64,000 nt of DNA. Source: Lama guanicoe. Taxonomy: Eukaryota. This document shows positions 1-14,889 of this stretch, piece after piece. The stretch spans positions 1,104,927-1,168,926 of the forward strand of contig MU053513.1 of the NCBI GenBank assembly GCA_013239625.1, in the 5' to 3' direction. The notes below the pieces were generated by a model, which saw only the letters and a list, made by a program, of their open reading frames with translations, was not told where the DNA came from and made no database searches. A program made the translations under genes and the position numbers. Each line of letters starts with the position of its first letter. Position 1 is the stretch's first letter.

Positions 1-989
1 TTCAAAACAGAAGGACCAAGGTACTTACTTGATCCATCATAAACATTAAGCTGGTTTAATAATTACTTTAAAAAACCTGTTTATGGCCATAAATTTACAT
101 TTATTACCAGAGCTGTAAAATTCATAATATGAACACATGCATACATAATAGTAGAAATGAAAATCAACCACACTGCACCAGTCAAAAGCTATAGAGTCCG
201 CTTTTCATTAATGAACTAAAACCCTTTATTCATTATTTTGCAGAGTTAATGATTATAAGCATTAATTTCAGTTCTATACCATTAAGCCTTTAAACCATAC
301 AATTTCCAGACAGTTGTAGAATGCTTTCATCAAGCATATTGATTTTATTCAGAATCTTGAGTGTAAAATTAAGCCCCCTAGCTCAAAGGCATTTATAAAA
401 TTTTTCTAGATGTTAAAAGTACAATTAGAACTATTTAATTTGTTGGAAATATAGTCTATGAACTAACATTAGTACTTCCTCTTATTTTAGAAAATAAAAA
501 TATATTTTGCTTCATTAAATCACCATTTAACTTTGAAATCACCATTTAACTTTGAATGTCAGTCTGGTATTGATTGGTGATTCTGAAGATGAAGATTGAT
601 GTATTTTTATTATATCTCCTACCAAAAAGGACTTTGAAGATACTTAATTAAACCATACATTACTATCATTTGTAAGGTAGTGAGAGTCTCTTAGACCATT
701 CTATATTTATTTATAAATAATCTTCTCTTGCAAATAAAGGCTCACTTCTAAAATGTAATTATTTCCAAGTGTGTTTTCACATATTAATTCTCTATAATTC
801 CACACTTAGTGCTTTAAAACTCTAAGGTCTTTTTTCTTTCCTTAGGACATGAGCTTCCTGTTGGTATGCTAGAGTCAATGTGCCATAAAAGGACAGAGTC
901 CGTCTCTATCCACCTGAATTATAACACAAGACAACATCCATTTAAAATTTTAATGCACTTAAAGCTTCTCATATATATTCTGACTGGTA

Positions 990-1170
990 TTGTCCATCTG
1001 TGTTTGTTCATAAATGTCAAAGAAAGGAAGTATATTCACTAGCTTGTAGTAACCTATAATGAAAAAGAATATGAAAATGAGTATATGTGTGTATATGTAT
1101 GACTGAAACATTATGCTGTACACCAGAAAGTGACACAACATTGTACACTGACTAGACTTCAATAAAGAAG
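990..1170 (+). mobile_element. L1 3' tail fragment
   Basis: gaaaaagaatatgaaaatg...tatgctgtacaccagaaagtgacacaacattgta...cttcaataaa. Confidence 0.8.
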
Positions 1171-2179
1171 GAAAATCTAAAATTTTTTATCACATTGATT
1201 ATTAATCATCTGCTAAATCACAAAAAAAAACCCAGCTGTGTGTGTGAGGTGAGAAAAGATATTGTTGCCCAACGATCTTAACAAGGGGAGATCATGAGAA
1301 AGATCTGTAACCATTTCTAAAAATACGGAGGTCCGCATCAACCCTCTGAAATTCAGTTATTCAGATATGAATTCACAGCTGAGAATCACTGTTTTAGGCA
1401 GAGACAATAGGAAATGCGAACATAGATGTAGAGTAAATAAAGGAAGGAATATGAATATGAATATACAAAAGGAATCAGTACATTTTTAGATTTTACTTCT
1501 ATAATATGAGCAACTGAGATATTGAGTGATGTCCTAATAAACAATGATATAAATTTTAATTCTTCCTGATTGTTAATGTTGTTCTTCTGTATCCTTAATG
1601 TTTGTGCAAATGAATTTCATCATTAATTCTTCCATTAAGACTTCTGGATCTCCTACCGCATGCCAAGAACACCTTAGGTGCCGGGGTTTTAAAGAAAGAC
1701 GAGATGAGGCTCCCCTTTCAAGGGGAGACATGTTTTTACTTGAGAAACATGAAGAACAATCATTTTAACTCCATGCTTTCATGATATGTTTGACTTAATT
1801 TGCCCAGAGTTTGTGTAGTTTTGAAATTCTTTTTTTTATTGAAATATAGTTGATTTACAATATTGTGTCACGGTCTCAAATAATAAGAAAGTAGATTCTG
1901 AATGATTTTATTTCATCTTCTCCACTCTTCTAAAAATAATCAAAAATTTAAAAATTTCAAGGTTAACAAAAGGTAAATAATCTTTTATCTTCCTAGAAAC
2001 ATAAAATAAGAAATTCATTCGCCAATGTTTTAAATGGTCTTGTAAAAATAATACGATTATTCAAATTTTTATTTATTCACTTAAGCTTTTTTTTTATTTC
2101 TAGAAAAGAGGAGTTTGTGAATTTCTGATTAAGCATCTTCCTAACTCTCCAAGTAAAATAAAAACACAAGTTTGAGAAT

Positions 2180-2770
2180 TGTGACTGCTAGTATTTTTCC
2201 AAAAATGTCCGCACCCTTACATAGGACATTCCACGTACTCTTCTGAACAACCTGATGTTCACGCCCCTCCAGGGAGAGGTGAGGTCTATACATCTTCCCC
2301 TTTGATCTGGGTGGACCTCTGTAACTGCTTCCATCAACAGAGGGCAGCAGAAACGATGCTACGTGACTTCCTAAGCCAGTCTACAAAAGACAATTCAGCC
2401 TCTGTTTCTTTCTTGAGACTCACACCTTTGAAGCCCTGGACCACTCTGTAACAGACCAGCTATATTGAAGATTTAATTCAGCAGAGATCACATTGAGAGA
2501 CGGAGGAACGCCCAAGGAGCCCCAGCTATGCTAGCAATCTGGGCAATCTGAGTCTTCTGAACGCAGCCTTCGGGTGCATGAGTCACAGGTCTTCAGAGGA
2601 TTCCAGCTCCCAGACATTGGACTGCTTCAGCCATGCTGAGTGGAAAGGAAATTAGACGTCCTCACCAAGCCTGGCCCAGACTCCCGATGCTTGTTATGTA
2701 AGCAAAATAAAAGATGTTGTTTCAAATCATTAAGCTGTGGTTTTGTTATAGTCATAGTCCTGGAACAGAG
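2180..2770 (+). mobile_element. MLT1 (MaLR) LTR
   Basis: cttcccctttgatctgggtggacctctgtaactgct...cagaaacgatgctacgtgacttc...aaaataaaagatgttgtttcaaatcattaag. Confidence 0.7.
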
Positions 2771-5092
2771 ATGTCCTCTCTACACAATCACCCTGGGTTG
2801 AGCAAACATAGCAAAGAACATCATGAATGTAGCAAAGCTACATCATTCATTCATTCACACGTTTCCATAAATGTACATTAACATGTGCCAGTCACTAGGC
2901 TAGGCACTGGCTGTATGTTAGTAAGTGAAGCACGTAGTATTGGCCCCCAAGGAATTCAGAGCATTGGAAATGTGCTGACAACAGGCAGGCTTATGAACAA
3001 TCTGATGTCCTGTAACAGTGGGCATTATTAGAAGGATCTACAAAAAAATTATTGCTATAGAAGTGGTGATGGAAGTAGCTGACATCTTTCCTTGTCAATG
3101 GTGACATGTATGCGTACCTCCAACCTCAGTCAGAGCTGACACTGAATAATAGCAGTGAAGAAGAGCAGGTGGATGCAATCATTCAGAACCTGGCAATCAG
3201 GGTTTTCAAGACATCTCTTTCTTTGCATTGCATTGTGTGTAACAGACACCACATTGGGATAATATGACTTTCTATGGTGTTTTGAAACCTGTGGGTCAGA
3301 TTGGTTAGAAAAGTGTAATTCTAAGATGACCTTAATATTGTCTGATTTCAGCAAATAGGTGGTACTGAGAGTTCCAACTCAAATTTACAGAGTAATTTGG
3401 ATTGTTTTAAACTGTTTAAAACATTCTTTATATGCAATATACATCTCATAAATAGCAAAGCCAGGAAACAAAATTAGAGAAGCTTTGCACATTCCAGTTA
3501 TGCAAACTTAATCCAAGTAGAGGTGCTAATACTCATCTCTGTACCGTGATAAACCCCCAACAGCTGAGAATTTTTATTGGGAGGATGAATCATATTATCC
3601 CATTTAGATTATTTCAGCATTAAAGGATATGGCTTGTTCCTGCCGCAGATGATAAAGCCGTGTGGTCAGGTTAATGCTAAAACCGACAAAAGCTATGCCA
3701 GCTTTGAGAATATATGGGAAATTTTAATTAGAAGTTTATAAAAGTCTGAAAAACCTCCAAAGGGTGTCTCCCTAAGAATGAACTTAAAACAAATTTAGAG
3801 CTAGTATATTAGCTAATATGCAGGCAGTGATTAAGGGAAAACAGGTGGCTGGTGCAAAATTTGCACAACGGTGTCCTTTTTAAGGTTGGCTCTGGTTGCT
3901 TGCAGAGTTTGTTTGTTCTCAGCAAAGAGCAATCAGGAGCGTGCTTCCCTTTGCAGAGAACATGACACACTCTCAAACTTCATGCTACCTTTGTTGGACT
4001 CTACCTTTAACTCTACCTCTGCAAACTATTTTTAGATCTGTTTACTTCTCTTACTATTAATTTATAAGCATTTTATTTTCTTTGCCTATTTTTCAGTGAA
4101 CTCAACTGTCTAGGAGATTACAGGAGAAAAAGAAGCATTGTTCGAGGGAAAAGGGGGACATGGGGAGAACCAGAGATGCTGATTATTTTAATTGTGTGTG
4201 CTTCAGTGACCTTTTTCCCCTTGAATAGTATCTTACAAGTTACTCTAAGATGCTAAACCACTATTACCACGGACTAACACCCCAGCTATAAAGGGGTTAT
4301 AACAGATGCAGTAAAACATTTTAAAAATATGTTCTAAAAGAAAGATAAATCCATTGCAATTCATATAAAGCCTAATGCATTATGTGCAGTCTTGCTTAAT
4401 AAATGCATTACTCATAAAATATACATCCACACGTCCCCCTTTCTTATCAATAAAGCAATCAAGCTGAGCATAAGATTATCCAGGAATTCCGCTCCATCCT
4501 ATCCAAAATTATAATCACATTATTCCCTTTTTAAATCATGCTTAGATGAAAAGAAACAAGAAATGGTTACCTTTAATATTTCATTGTATAAAGCATTTCA
4601 TAGTTAGCCTGCTGAAAATACTGCATGCATTTCTTTTCTTTCATGTTTCCCAGCACAGAAGAGAAAAAAAAATTGATGCTTTTTACTCCTAACCCAGGAA
4701 CTAATCTTAAAGTATAATACAGATCAGCAACTGAGACTGGTTAGAGTTACCCTGAAGCATTCAGGGACTTTCTGTACTACAAAGACCGTATTTTGATTAT
4801 CCGTAAATGGACATAATGCTAGTTCCTGATCTCTAAAGGAATTTGGCTCTGTGTTTGTTTCTTTTAATATTCTTCTCCATTTGTCAGACTGAACAACCCA
4901 GAGCCCCTGTGTGATGCTAGGCATCCAAATCACATTTCTCCCGCAGAGTTTGCCCAAAGCATTTCTTCAGCTGAGATCAAGGCTCTGTCTTCAGAATGAA
5001 GATTAAACTGGATGCTGGCAATGTGGTCCCCTCTGATCTACTACTCTTCATCTGGACAAATGACCCCTTAATTGCTAAGTGTCCTGTATTTT

Positions 5093-5220
5093 TATTTTTT
5101 ATTTTCATTTTATTTTTTATTGAAGTATATATATTCAGTGACAATGTGTCAATTTCTGATGTACAGCATAATGTCCCAGTCATGCATATATATGCATATA
5201 TTCATTTTCATATTCTTATA
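5093..5220 (-). mobile_element. L1 3' tail fragment
   Basis: Same family. TSD cctgtatttt at ~5083 and ~5223. Confidence 0.8.
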
Positions 5221-7521
5221 CCCCTGTATTTTGAAAGCCCAGTTCTATTAATAAACAATTAAAAAGCAAGTTAAGTCGACCATGGTTCACTCTAGTATAT
5301 AGACAGACTCTATAGAATGCCTAAAATGTTGGTGGCATTCCTGCAGTCAAAATTATGGTTTATTACTGTGGGAATAAGACAATCTTTAGAAAGACAAAAT
5401 AATGCACCATAGCTTTTAATTCCTTCTACCCCCATTTCACTGCACCCCAACTTCAGCTCTTTTATGATTATTTGCTACACACCAGCAGACCCTGTGTCTC
5501 TCTCCAGCACCTGCTAAAGCATCTTTGTACACTTTACTAGCAAACATGTCATTTGGAAAGGCAAGCACCAATTTACATGAGGCAGGACTTTGTGTATCTC
5601 TCCCATTCCTTTTTCTCTCTGACAAGCAAAAAAATCGTAGGTCTCATTTTCCATTCCTTATTAAAAAGTGTGATCGTGATTGTTTGGAAGGCTCGTTAGT
5701 GGCATTGCTCTGTGATGGACTGCACATCTTTATAAGAAAGACAGAATGCATGGACGCCTCAGTACGCAGGCATAATGAAACCCAAATGTGTCCTGCACAA
5801 GCCTCAAAATTTAGATCTTCATTTGCTTTTGTGAAAAATGAGAGTCAAGACCATGGGCATTTGAAAACACAGCTAGTTCCTTGCCTTCCCAGTAATAGGA
5901 GTGCCCCACTATTGCATACACGACCTTCAGGGAAAGTAAAAGAAACAGTTAACTATGCAATGCTTTGTGACTGGAGCTGAGACCAAGCAAAAAGCATGTT
6001 TGGCAGAGGGGCATTAGTGATGGATTAAGACCATACACAGGAATAAACTCAGAGACTTGCCCTCATCAGCAGTGAAGCGCTGGTCTTGGGTGATGGTGTC
6101 AAGGGCATTTAATTTTCTCTACTTTTCAACTTCCCTTCCAAAAATATTAGTCATAGAGTGTCTGTCTAGATCACAAACTGCCAGAAGTTAAGTTAAATGA
6201 AAGATTTTTTTACAAAGTGAAGAAAATCATGGACATAACCTTATCAATAATTAAACAATTATCACAGGTCTGAATCTTGGGGGAAATGAAGCAAAATGTT
6301 GATACGGCATGAGTAATCCAGAGCTCTTTTTGATTTTTTTTAAACAGATGTGTTTCTCCACTAGACTTTAATGAGCTCTGTGTATGTGTGCCCCCCATTC
6401 CTAACGCGCTCTCAGAGGAGGACACACTGTCTTGTAGGCCTAGAGCTTACTTTGCCTCAGAGCCTGTCTCTTACTCACTGGGTGACAAAGATGAATCATT
6501 AATCCCCAATGGGTGGTTTACCTACCCATTGGGTAGGAACTTTACCTACCTCATGGAGTTGCTATTTTAACAAATGTTTCAAAATAAAATATGGGCAGGG
6601 GATTTCTGGAAGTAATTGGACGTTAGAGACCATCTAAATCAATCTTTTTATTTTTTCATGAGCAAAGTTAAGCAAAAGGAAGGTGAGTAACTTTACCAAG
6701 GGCACCTGATATTTAAGTACGAAAAATTAAACTAATGATAAGTTATGATCTAATAAGATAACCTGTATATTATTTTATGATTCATGTAGTTACATAAATT
6801 AAGACTAAAAATTAGTATTTATCCCAATTAAACAAAAGTTCAAACACTTAAATGAGTGTATATAATAAATAGCATATATAACATATATCATCTATCTCCT
6901 GATAGTGACCTTGAAAGATCCTGACTAAATAAACAATGTTATTTTCTAGGATTACTCTACGTATTTTTTCCAATATTTTAGAAATACAAAAGAGGGTTGG
7001 GACATTATACATAAAGAATCCAGTTGGACTAATGAGATTTAAAATCAAAACTGTCTAATTTCTTATAATTTTATTACCTAATTTATCAAAATCTTGTGTT
7101 ATAAGCAAATTGATAGAGTTTTGTTTTATTTTTTCTGGAAATTTATACTTCATGATGATTTTTTTAAAAAAATAGAAATAACTAAATGCAATATGGTATC
7201 TTTCTTTGGATCTTGTAATAGAAAAATTATACTTATGGAAAAACTGTGGGGGGGATCCAAATAGAGCCTTTAGTTTAGATAATAATGACATCCTAATGTT
7301 AATTTCTTAGTTTGAATAAATGTTCCATGATGAGGTAGGATGCAAACTTTAGGGAAAACTAGGTAAAGGGCAAATGGGAAATTCTCTTTGCTATCTTTGC
7401 AACTTTTCTATAAATCTAAAATTATTCCAGAATAAAAAAGTTTATTTTTAATATAGAAATAAAATTGAGAACTATCAGTAATATTTGAGGGGCATACTGG
7501 GCCAATCAGAACAATCTTACA

Positions 7522-7950
7522 GTGAGATCACTCATATGTGAAATCTAAAAAAAACAAAACAAAAACAAAAATACAAAACAGAAACAGACTCATAGACATA
7601 GAATACAAACTTGTGGTTGCCAAGGGGGTGGGGGATGGGAAGGGACAGACTGGAATTTCCAAATGTAGAATAGAAAAACAAGATTATACCGTATAGCACA
7701 GGGAAATATATACAAGATCTTGTGTAGCTCACAGCAAAAAAGAATGTGACAATGAATATATGCGTGTTCATGTATAACTGGAAAATTGTAATCTTGTGTA
7801 CAGCAAAAAAGAATGTGACAATGAATATATGCGTGTTCATGTATAACTGGAAAATTGTGCTCTACACTGGAATTTGACACAACATTGTAAAATGACTATA
7901 ACTCAATAAAAAAATGTTAAAAAAAATAAAGATCATCTTTATTGGAAAAA
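7522..7950 (+). mobile_element. Young L1 3' UTR with polyA tail and an internal duplication
   Basis: atcactcatatgtgaaatctaaaa...actataactcaataaaaaa. TSD-like aatcttaca at both ends. Confidence 0.85.
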
Positions 7951-8149
7951 AATCTTACAAATTGATCAGGAAAACTGATGGAAGATGGTAATTTCAAATA
8001 AAGGAAAGAACAAGGAAAGGAAGAAAGGAAGGAAGAAAAGAAGGAAGGAAGGAGGAAGAGAGGGAAGGAAGAAGAAGGAAAGTCGTTCTAACTCCTTATA
8101 ACCATAGAAATACGGGGCCGTATTTTCCCTAAAACCATAGATGGCCCAG

Positions 8150-8300
8150 TTCCTACATTTACTAATTTAATCCCAACAAAACAATGAAGTAGTTGTCTTT
8201 ACTACCCCCATTTTAGAGATGAGTAAACTGAGTCGCAGAAATTTTAATTACTTGCCCAAGGTCACACAGCTAAACACATTGTGGGGATAGGACTTAAACT
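8150..8300 (-). mobile_element. MIR SINE (similar MIR cores at ~13430-13600, 30740-30910, 41400-41600, 43580-43720, 54840-55030)
   Basis: cccattttagagatgagtaaactgag...acttgcccaaggtcacacagcta core. Confidence 0.75.
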
Positions 8301-11300
8301 GGTGTCTCTTAAACACTTGTCTTAGCAAGAGAATGACTTACTTTCCTTTCTACAAAACTGATGGGCTTGTGCCTTGTGATGATTTACAGTGCTAAGAAAC
8401 ATTTTTCTTTCAGTTTTTCCTTGCAGCCTTTTTAGTCTCCATCCTCAGGCAAGAGGCAGAGCCCAGGATGGACCTCCATGAAAACTGTTAAGCTTTACTC
8501 ACAATTCTGGCTTTGAGCGTTGTCTAAGGTGAAGTTGGGCTGCTCCAGGCAGAAATTGAGAGACCACCCCATTCTGCGTATTTTACCACCCAAGATCTAA
8601 AGCAAAAATCTCACAGAGTTCCTCCCAGGAGAAGCTCTCTCCAGTTTTTTCATTACAGCTCTCTTTTTCTACGGCTCAGAATTAGGCAAAGGGGCAGGAC
8701 CAGGTAACAAACTACTTGATAATGAATTCTCTCCATCTTACTGTTTGCTTCATCCCGTTCCGTTTTCCTGTCTCTCCTACTTCTACCTCCAGATTTTTCA
8801 CAAAGTTTCTTTCGCAGAAGCTGCCTGCTGTATCCTCTATCAACTCAAGCAACATGGAACCAGCCAAGGATGTGTGGACCAACATGGCAACTGACCAGCC
8901 ACTCCAAATCTAGGATTTGGCTCCGCTGGGACACCCAGCTTTATAAACCGGTGGGCAAGCATAAAGTAGAGAAGAAAGGCTGTTATTCCTGTGAACTTAA
9001 ATAGCTGTGCTTTTTACGTAGAATCCTTGAAGTTTTTTGAGAGGCTGTTTCTATGACTAGAAGCATCTTCCCATGCATTTGGCAAAGCTTCAGTAAATAT
9101 CCACTGCTATTTAGCAATTTCAAATTTACAAATAAAAAAGAATTATGTTTGAAAAGGTGCAGCCTTTTCCCTTGGGTGGCTCCAGCTGCCTGGATACCCA
9201 TACTTCCTAACCCTCCTAAAGTGACAGTCCCAGGAGACACAGCTCATTAAGTGACAAAATATAGTCACACTTCCACAGCTGCAGATGAGCACAACCCCAG
9301 AGGGTCATTGTGAGCATTAAATGAGATGATGTTGTGAAAATACTGGAAAACCCTGAGAAATCTAACCACTGTAAACCATTATTGTTGTGAAAGTATAATT
9401 TTCTCATCTCCTAAAACCACTGCGATGGGATGATACAGTGAGGTAGTAACTGGCAGGTTTTTCTCTCCCTGCCTTTCTGCCTTGTGGTCACCTTTCTTAA
9501 AGTAGCTCATCATCTCCAGGGCAAGTAGTATTGGAGAAGAAAAACATCAAATTCTTAGCTTTAAAGATCAGAAAGCCCAGTCCTTTGATAAATTTGTGGA
9601 AAAGAGTAGAAACATTTAAAATAATATGGGGAAATATTTTTCCCTCGGCCTCCATTCCCCGCTTAATAAAGATCACCTAAGCTTGGAAGAAACAAGAATT
9701 GGAGAAGAAAGGGCCTTAGTTACTAACCAGGTGGCCTATCCCCTTCCTCTTGCCTCAGAGTCCCTCGAGAGGGAGGAGCAAAGGCCAGGATAAAGTTGGG
9801 GACCTCTGGACTGAGAGCTATGTGTCTCGTTACCCTTCTGGAGTCGTGAGGGTTCCACAGGGGAATAGAGAGAGCAGCTCCACAGAAATGCCCAAAAAGA
9901 ACACTCTCAACAGCCTCACAGAGCTCCAGCATGCCCCAGCAGGATGCTGAGAATTGCCTAAATCATTTGCTTGCTTTCATTTCTTCTGTGTGGCATGAAT
10001 TTGCAGATATGAGCTACGTCAAACTAAGGATGCCCAGAGTTGAAATGGGAGAATTTATCTACAGACCAATATGGCACCCTTGAGTTGAAAACTCAGATTC
10101 CACAAAGGGATTAACACCATCTGAAGCCCCAGCAGATGGTTTGAACACTTCAATGGATGTCAGAACAGTTCAGGATCTCTGTCCACTGACACCACGGCAG
10201 CAGGTCATTGTCCCAAGACTGAGAACTATAATCAAAGAGAAGAAAGAGGAATAGGGGAAAAAACCCTTAATTTTCTTTTAATTTAAACTTGAAATGACCT
10301 TCAAAAAATTCCTGAGTTGGACTTACACCTGTAAGTGTGAGGTAGAAAATAAAAACCTTCCCTGCCTTCAGGTGGGAATATGGCTTGAAATAGAAATTAA
10401 GATCAGTTGTTGAAAAAGTTATATTTTTGGACAAATAATTGTATAGTTTGTGAAAATTAATATTTACTAGACTGTTATTTCTGATAAGCCCACATTATAT
10501 AAAATGGGATGGTAAAGTTTAACTGAAAAGTTCTTGCATGCATCTGTCTTCTCTGGGCCCATGAGCACCATGTCAAATGCTTTACCTGAATACTATCAAG
10601 TCCATGAATATTATCAAATCAATTGATGAAATTTTAAAAAGAAAGAAACAATAAAATCATTATAGGGAAATTTTCCATGGTGTCTATTTAATTAATATTT
10701 TGAAAGCCTTGTTTTTCATTTATTCTCAGTACTCCATCTCCCCAGTTTTAAAAATTCCTCCCCAAATGAATTTATTGGAACTCTCCTTTCTGGAAGTACC
10801 AAAATATCAAATGGAAACATATATATATTAATTAATTTATATATCTATATTAATTAATTAATTCTGCTTTTAATCTTATCATTAACAGAGCTATTTTACT
10901 TCTCTGCCCCACTTCAGGAAAAGCCACACAGCCTGCTTTGACCAACAGGATGTTAGCAGCTGTGACAGAAAAGGAGGCTGGGCGGGCAGTCGGGAAATTG
11001 GTTTCACTCTCTCGTGCCTCTGACATCAGCATGTGAAGAGCTTCCCCAGAGTAGCTGCTGCCCCTTCAGCCTGGGCCCAGAGTAAACACGCAGGGAGCAG
11101 ATCTGATCTCTCCAAGAGGAGCCAGCTCCAGCGGGATCCACCATTTGAAGCAGAGCCACCCTGTTGCAGTCACCCTAGATCCATCCACCCCAAACTGCCC
11201 AAGGGCACATGGGCAGGAATAAATCGGTTGTCGCCTTGGCACCCACATTTCGGATTGGTTTGTTGAGCAGCAATAACAAATGACATGAGACCTTAATGTT

Positions 11301-13699
11301 ACTGGATTCTCAACCCTTGACTTGTACTAATAGTAACTTTGCCCAGAGTGGTTGGGGAACTTGTCCACATTCACCTGTCACGATAGTGGCAGAGCTAAAC
11401 TCTTTGCACACACAGACCGATGTGTGCTCACGAAATCACATTGCCCTGAACTGCTTGGACATGCTTTGCTTTAGAAAATCATAAGCAATGGAGAATCATG
11501 TTTCATTTCCCCCCAACACTGTGCATGGGCCTGGAGCCAGCGCCCCTCCTAAAGATGGATCCACAGCCAACCACAATCCCTAGGGTCTTCCTATATGATG
11601 CTCAGCAACTGCCAGAGATGGGATACTTTCTCCTACAATGAAGACTATTCATGCCTTTGCTTTAACTAACAAGATGAGAGTGTCCAGTCCTCTCAATAGT
11701 GAGCACTGAGCCCTTACCAGGGGAATAAGGAAAGAGAGAGAGAGAAAGAGAAAGGAAGGAGGGAAGGAAAAGGGAAGGGGGAAAAAGGAAAGGAACAGAA
11801 AAGAAAAAAAGAAAGGAAAGGAAAGGAAGGAGGGAAGACACCTAAGGGATGCTGACAAGACATCTAATAAGTTACCATTCTCCAGCTCTACTGCTTTGAT
11901 GGCAAATGAAATAGACCAAACCCAGGATGGTCATTATGGTATCTTGGCACCGTGCATGTGGTTGTGCCCATGTAACAGGAGCCATCTAGTTGCAAGGGTT
12001 CGTTAAGAGGAGTCAGGAGGTGGGGGTGTGGAAGGACGGGTGGCTGGAACAGTGAGTGGGTAGCTGGGAGGAGAAGGGATTTCACCTTCTTTCTAACATG
12101 TCTCATATCCCAGAGCCAAATGTGTCATGAAATGTGGGGAAAGAAATCTGTACATTCTGTGAAGATTATTCTCTTGAACTTAAATCTATCTTCAAACAGG
12201 CACAACTTATAATTCTCTTGGGAATATGATTCTATACTGACTTTTTTCAAAAATAATAAACGTTCTAAGCAGAGCTGTAGTAACTTTATGTATGCTTTCT
12301 AACAGAAAATAGAATATTAAGAATAGGAAGAAAATGTGTGTGATGCAGCATCCAGTCACGCTATAAAGGATGGAAGTTTTAGAAACATTCAAGAAAATAG
12401 CAATTTTCCCTTTGCTATAGATAAGGAATTCCCATGGGTATCAGTGGAATTTTACATAAAAATCGATGGCAAATTACGGTCCTTAATGAAAGAGGAAATT
12501 ATAATTACAGCGCTGCTGGTAGCATCACCAGAGTTAAGGCTGAGCAGTCTTCTCCATTATCACTTATCAGGATTTAATAGCTCAGCTGTTCCGAATTTTA
12601 CTTGGCTGAAACGTGATACACAACTCACCAGGCTGGGTGGTGTAATTAGTTATTGTTATTGTTACTACACAAATCTTTTAGTTATTAAAGCATTTTTTTA
12701 AGTTATGAAGCTTAAAGAGAGTATTTTTTCCTAGTGACAGGTGCAGGGGTGGGGAAGGAGAGAGAAAAAGGGAAACATGCTTAAGAGGAGGTAAGTCGAA
12801 CGTTGGCAGGTCCCTCACCTGGAATAACTCACTTTCTGTGGCCTGCGGCATCCGTGGGACCTGCTATGAAACTGAATCCCTGGGGGAAGCAGCTCTGTAG
12901 AAAACTTGGGGAAGGCCATTCCCTGGCTTCTCACAACCCATCTTTCTGCCGTGGGGGTAAGCCCCTGTGCAATGCAGTTAAATAGCGACACACTACGGGC
13001 TTCTCAGATTCCCACTGGCCGATGCCAGTCTTACACTTCTGGGTCAAAGGGCATCATCTTTGGCTTGTACATGCTCTCTTGTCATTCATTGTGGAAATGT
13101 GCGTCTTAGATATGTATAAACCTTAGGTCAGAACATTTTGATAGGTCCCAAGGAGTGTATTCAGGATATGATGCAAATATCCTCCCATTTAGGTGGGTGG
13201 CCCCCGGAGATCAAGAAAGAAACCTTTATGCTTATTGCCCATCAGGCACAGGTGAGGAAACTAGAGCCGCAAAGTCTTTCATTTTTTTTGCAGTTTCTGT
13301 ACTCACAGCCCCAGAAGTTCCTGGAACTTGCAAAGGCCACGTGTGGTTCTTTACATCAGAAACGTTCATTCCCTGAAGAAGGGGTGAATCAAGGGAACAG
13401 AATGTGAGAGGGAAAAGTAAATGACACTTGTGTCTATTACATACGTAATGCACTCTGCATACATTGCTTCGTTCAATCCTCGTAACTACCCTCACGTGCA
13501 GCACTTTATCCCCGATTTACAGAAAAAAAAAAGAAATTCACAGAAATGATTTTTCCCAGGTGGTTCAGTGGTACTTGGCAGAGATCAACTTCAGTCTCAG
13601 GTCTTCTGAGGCAAGTGCAGTGCTCATCCTATGTTCCATACCTTCATTCTCTTCTCAATACTGTCCTCGGGGACTTCCAGCCTCTTCTCTTAGAGAAAC

Positions 13700-14830
13700 T
13701 GCTCTTGGCAGGCCCATGGACCACCTCTGTTGCCAAATTCAGTGACCACTGTCTGTCTTCATTCTGCATGTCTTCTTGTCAGCATCCAAAGCAATCAGCC
13801 TCATTCCTCCTGGACACTGTCTCCGATCTCCACTTCCAAAATGACTGCTGTCCTGAGCCAAGTGTTCTTCCTACCTCCCTAGAAGCTTCTTCTTGGTGCA
13901 CTTTGATGGCTCCTCGTCCTCTGCTCAGCCTCTAAATGTCCCAAGGCTGAATCCTGGGCCCTCTTCTTCTCTCTTCTCTTGCTCATTCTTACCCTAATAG
14001 CTTCTATTCAGCCCCATGGTTTTTCTTCCACCTCTATGCTGACGACACCACACCAACCTACATTCTCCACTGAGATGTGGGCTTGTGTCTATAACCACTT
14101 ATTCAGTGATTCCATGCATTTCTAATAAGCATCTTGAACGCCTCAGTCCCAAAATAAACTCTTGCCTCCCTGCCCTCAGACAAAGACTCCATGCTTTCTC
14201 TATTTTTCCCACCTAAGTGAATTGCACCACGCCCTTGTTTTTATTGAAACTGAAAAATTTTGTGTCATCCTGTCTTTCTCTTGCCTTGTATTTATTATCT
14301 ATCAACAAATCCTGACTATTCTGTGTCTAAATCACTTCTGAAATCTACTCACACTTTCCAGCATCGATATTACTGCTCTGCAATTGCCTACTGACTAGGT
14401 TTCCAGCTTCCACTCCATTTAGTAGCAATGTGATTGTTTTAAAACATAAATCAGATCAAGTTACTTTCAGGATTTAAGGTGTTCCAAAGAAATACAAAGT
14501 TACACACACACACACACACACACACACTCCAAAATCTTCCCACAACCCTTAGGATAAAATCCAAGTTCCTTTCCATATTCTTGCCATGACCTTACCCACC
14601 TCATTATCCCTCCTGATTTCCTACATCTCACACTCCCACACCAGACTCTGAACCAAACACACTGGGCTGTTGTTGGGTGCCCCCCGTCCCCCGCATGCTG
14701 GATCCCACCTCCACCACCTTGAGGACTTTGCACTTACTGTTTACTCTGCCAGGAACACCTTGAGTTTTGCATAATTGGATCTTGCTCATGATTGATTTCT
14801 CCGCCAACTGTCACCTCAGAAAGGCACTCC
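13700..14830 (+). mobile_element. L2 remnant
   Basis: cctgggccctcttcttctct, cacctctatgctgacgac, aaacataaatcagatca and cttaggataaaatccaa phrases. Confidence 0.65.
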
Positions 14831-14889
14831 AGAATAAGCCCTGTAATGCTGGCCTGGCACACAAGCCTAAAATATTTATTATCTGCGTC

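Noticed and set aside
517..554. 19-bp tandem duplication aaatcaccatttaactttg x2
   Set aside because: Two adjacent copies with no spacer; ordinary slippage duplication, not an array.
5525..5980. 151-aa ORF, and other 60-160 aa ORFs in 1-39 kb such as 25399-25884 and 13546-13935
   Set aside because: No recognisable domain and no consistent exon chain; many overlap LTR, L2 or L1 relics.
10818..10862. AT-rich quasi-palindrome
   Set aside because: Low-complexity (AT)n/TAAT sequence; self-complementarity is expected by chance.
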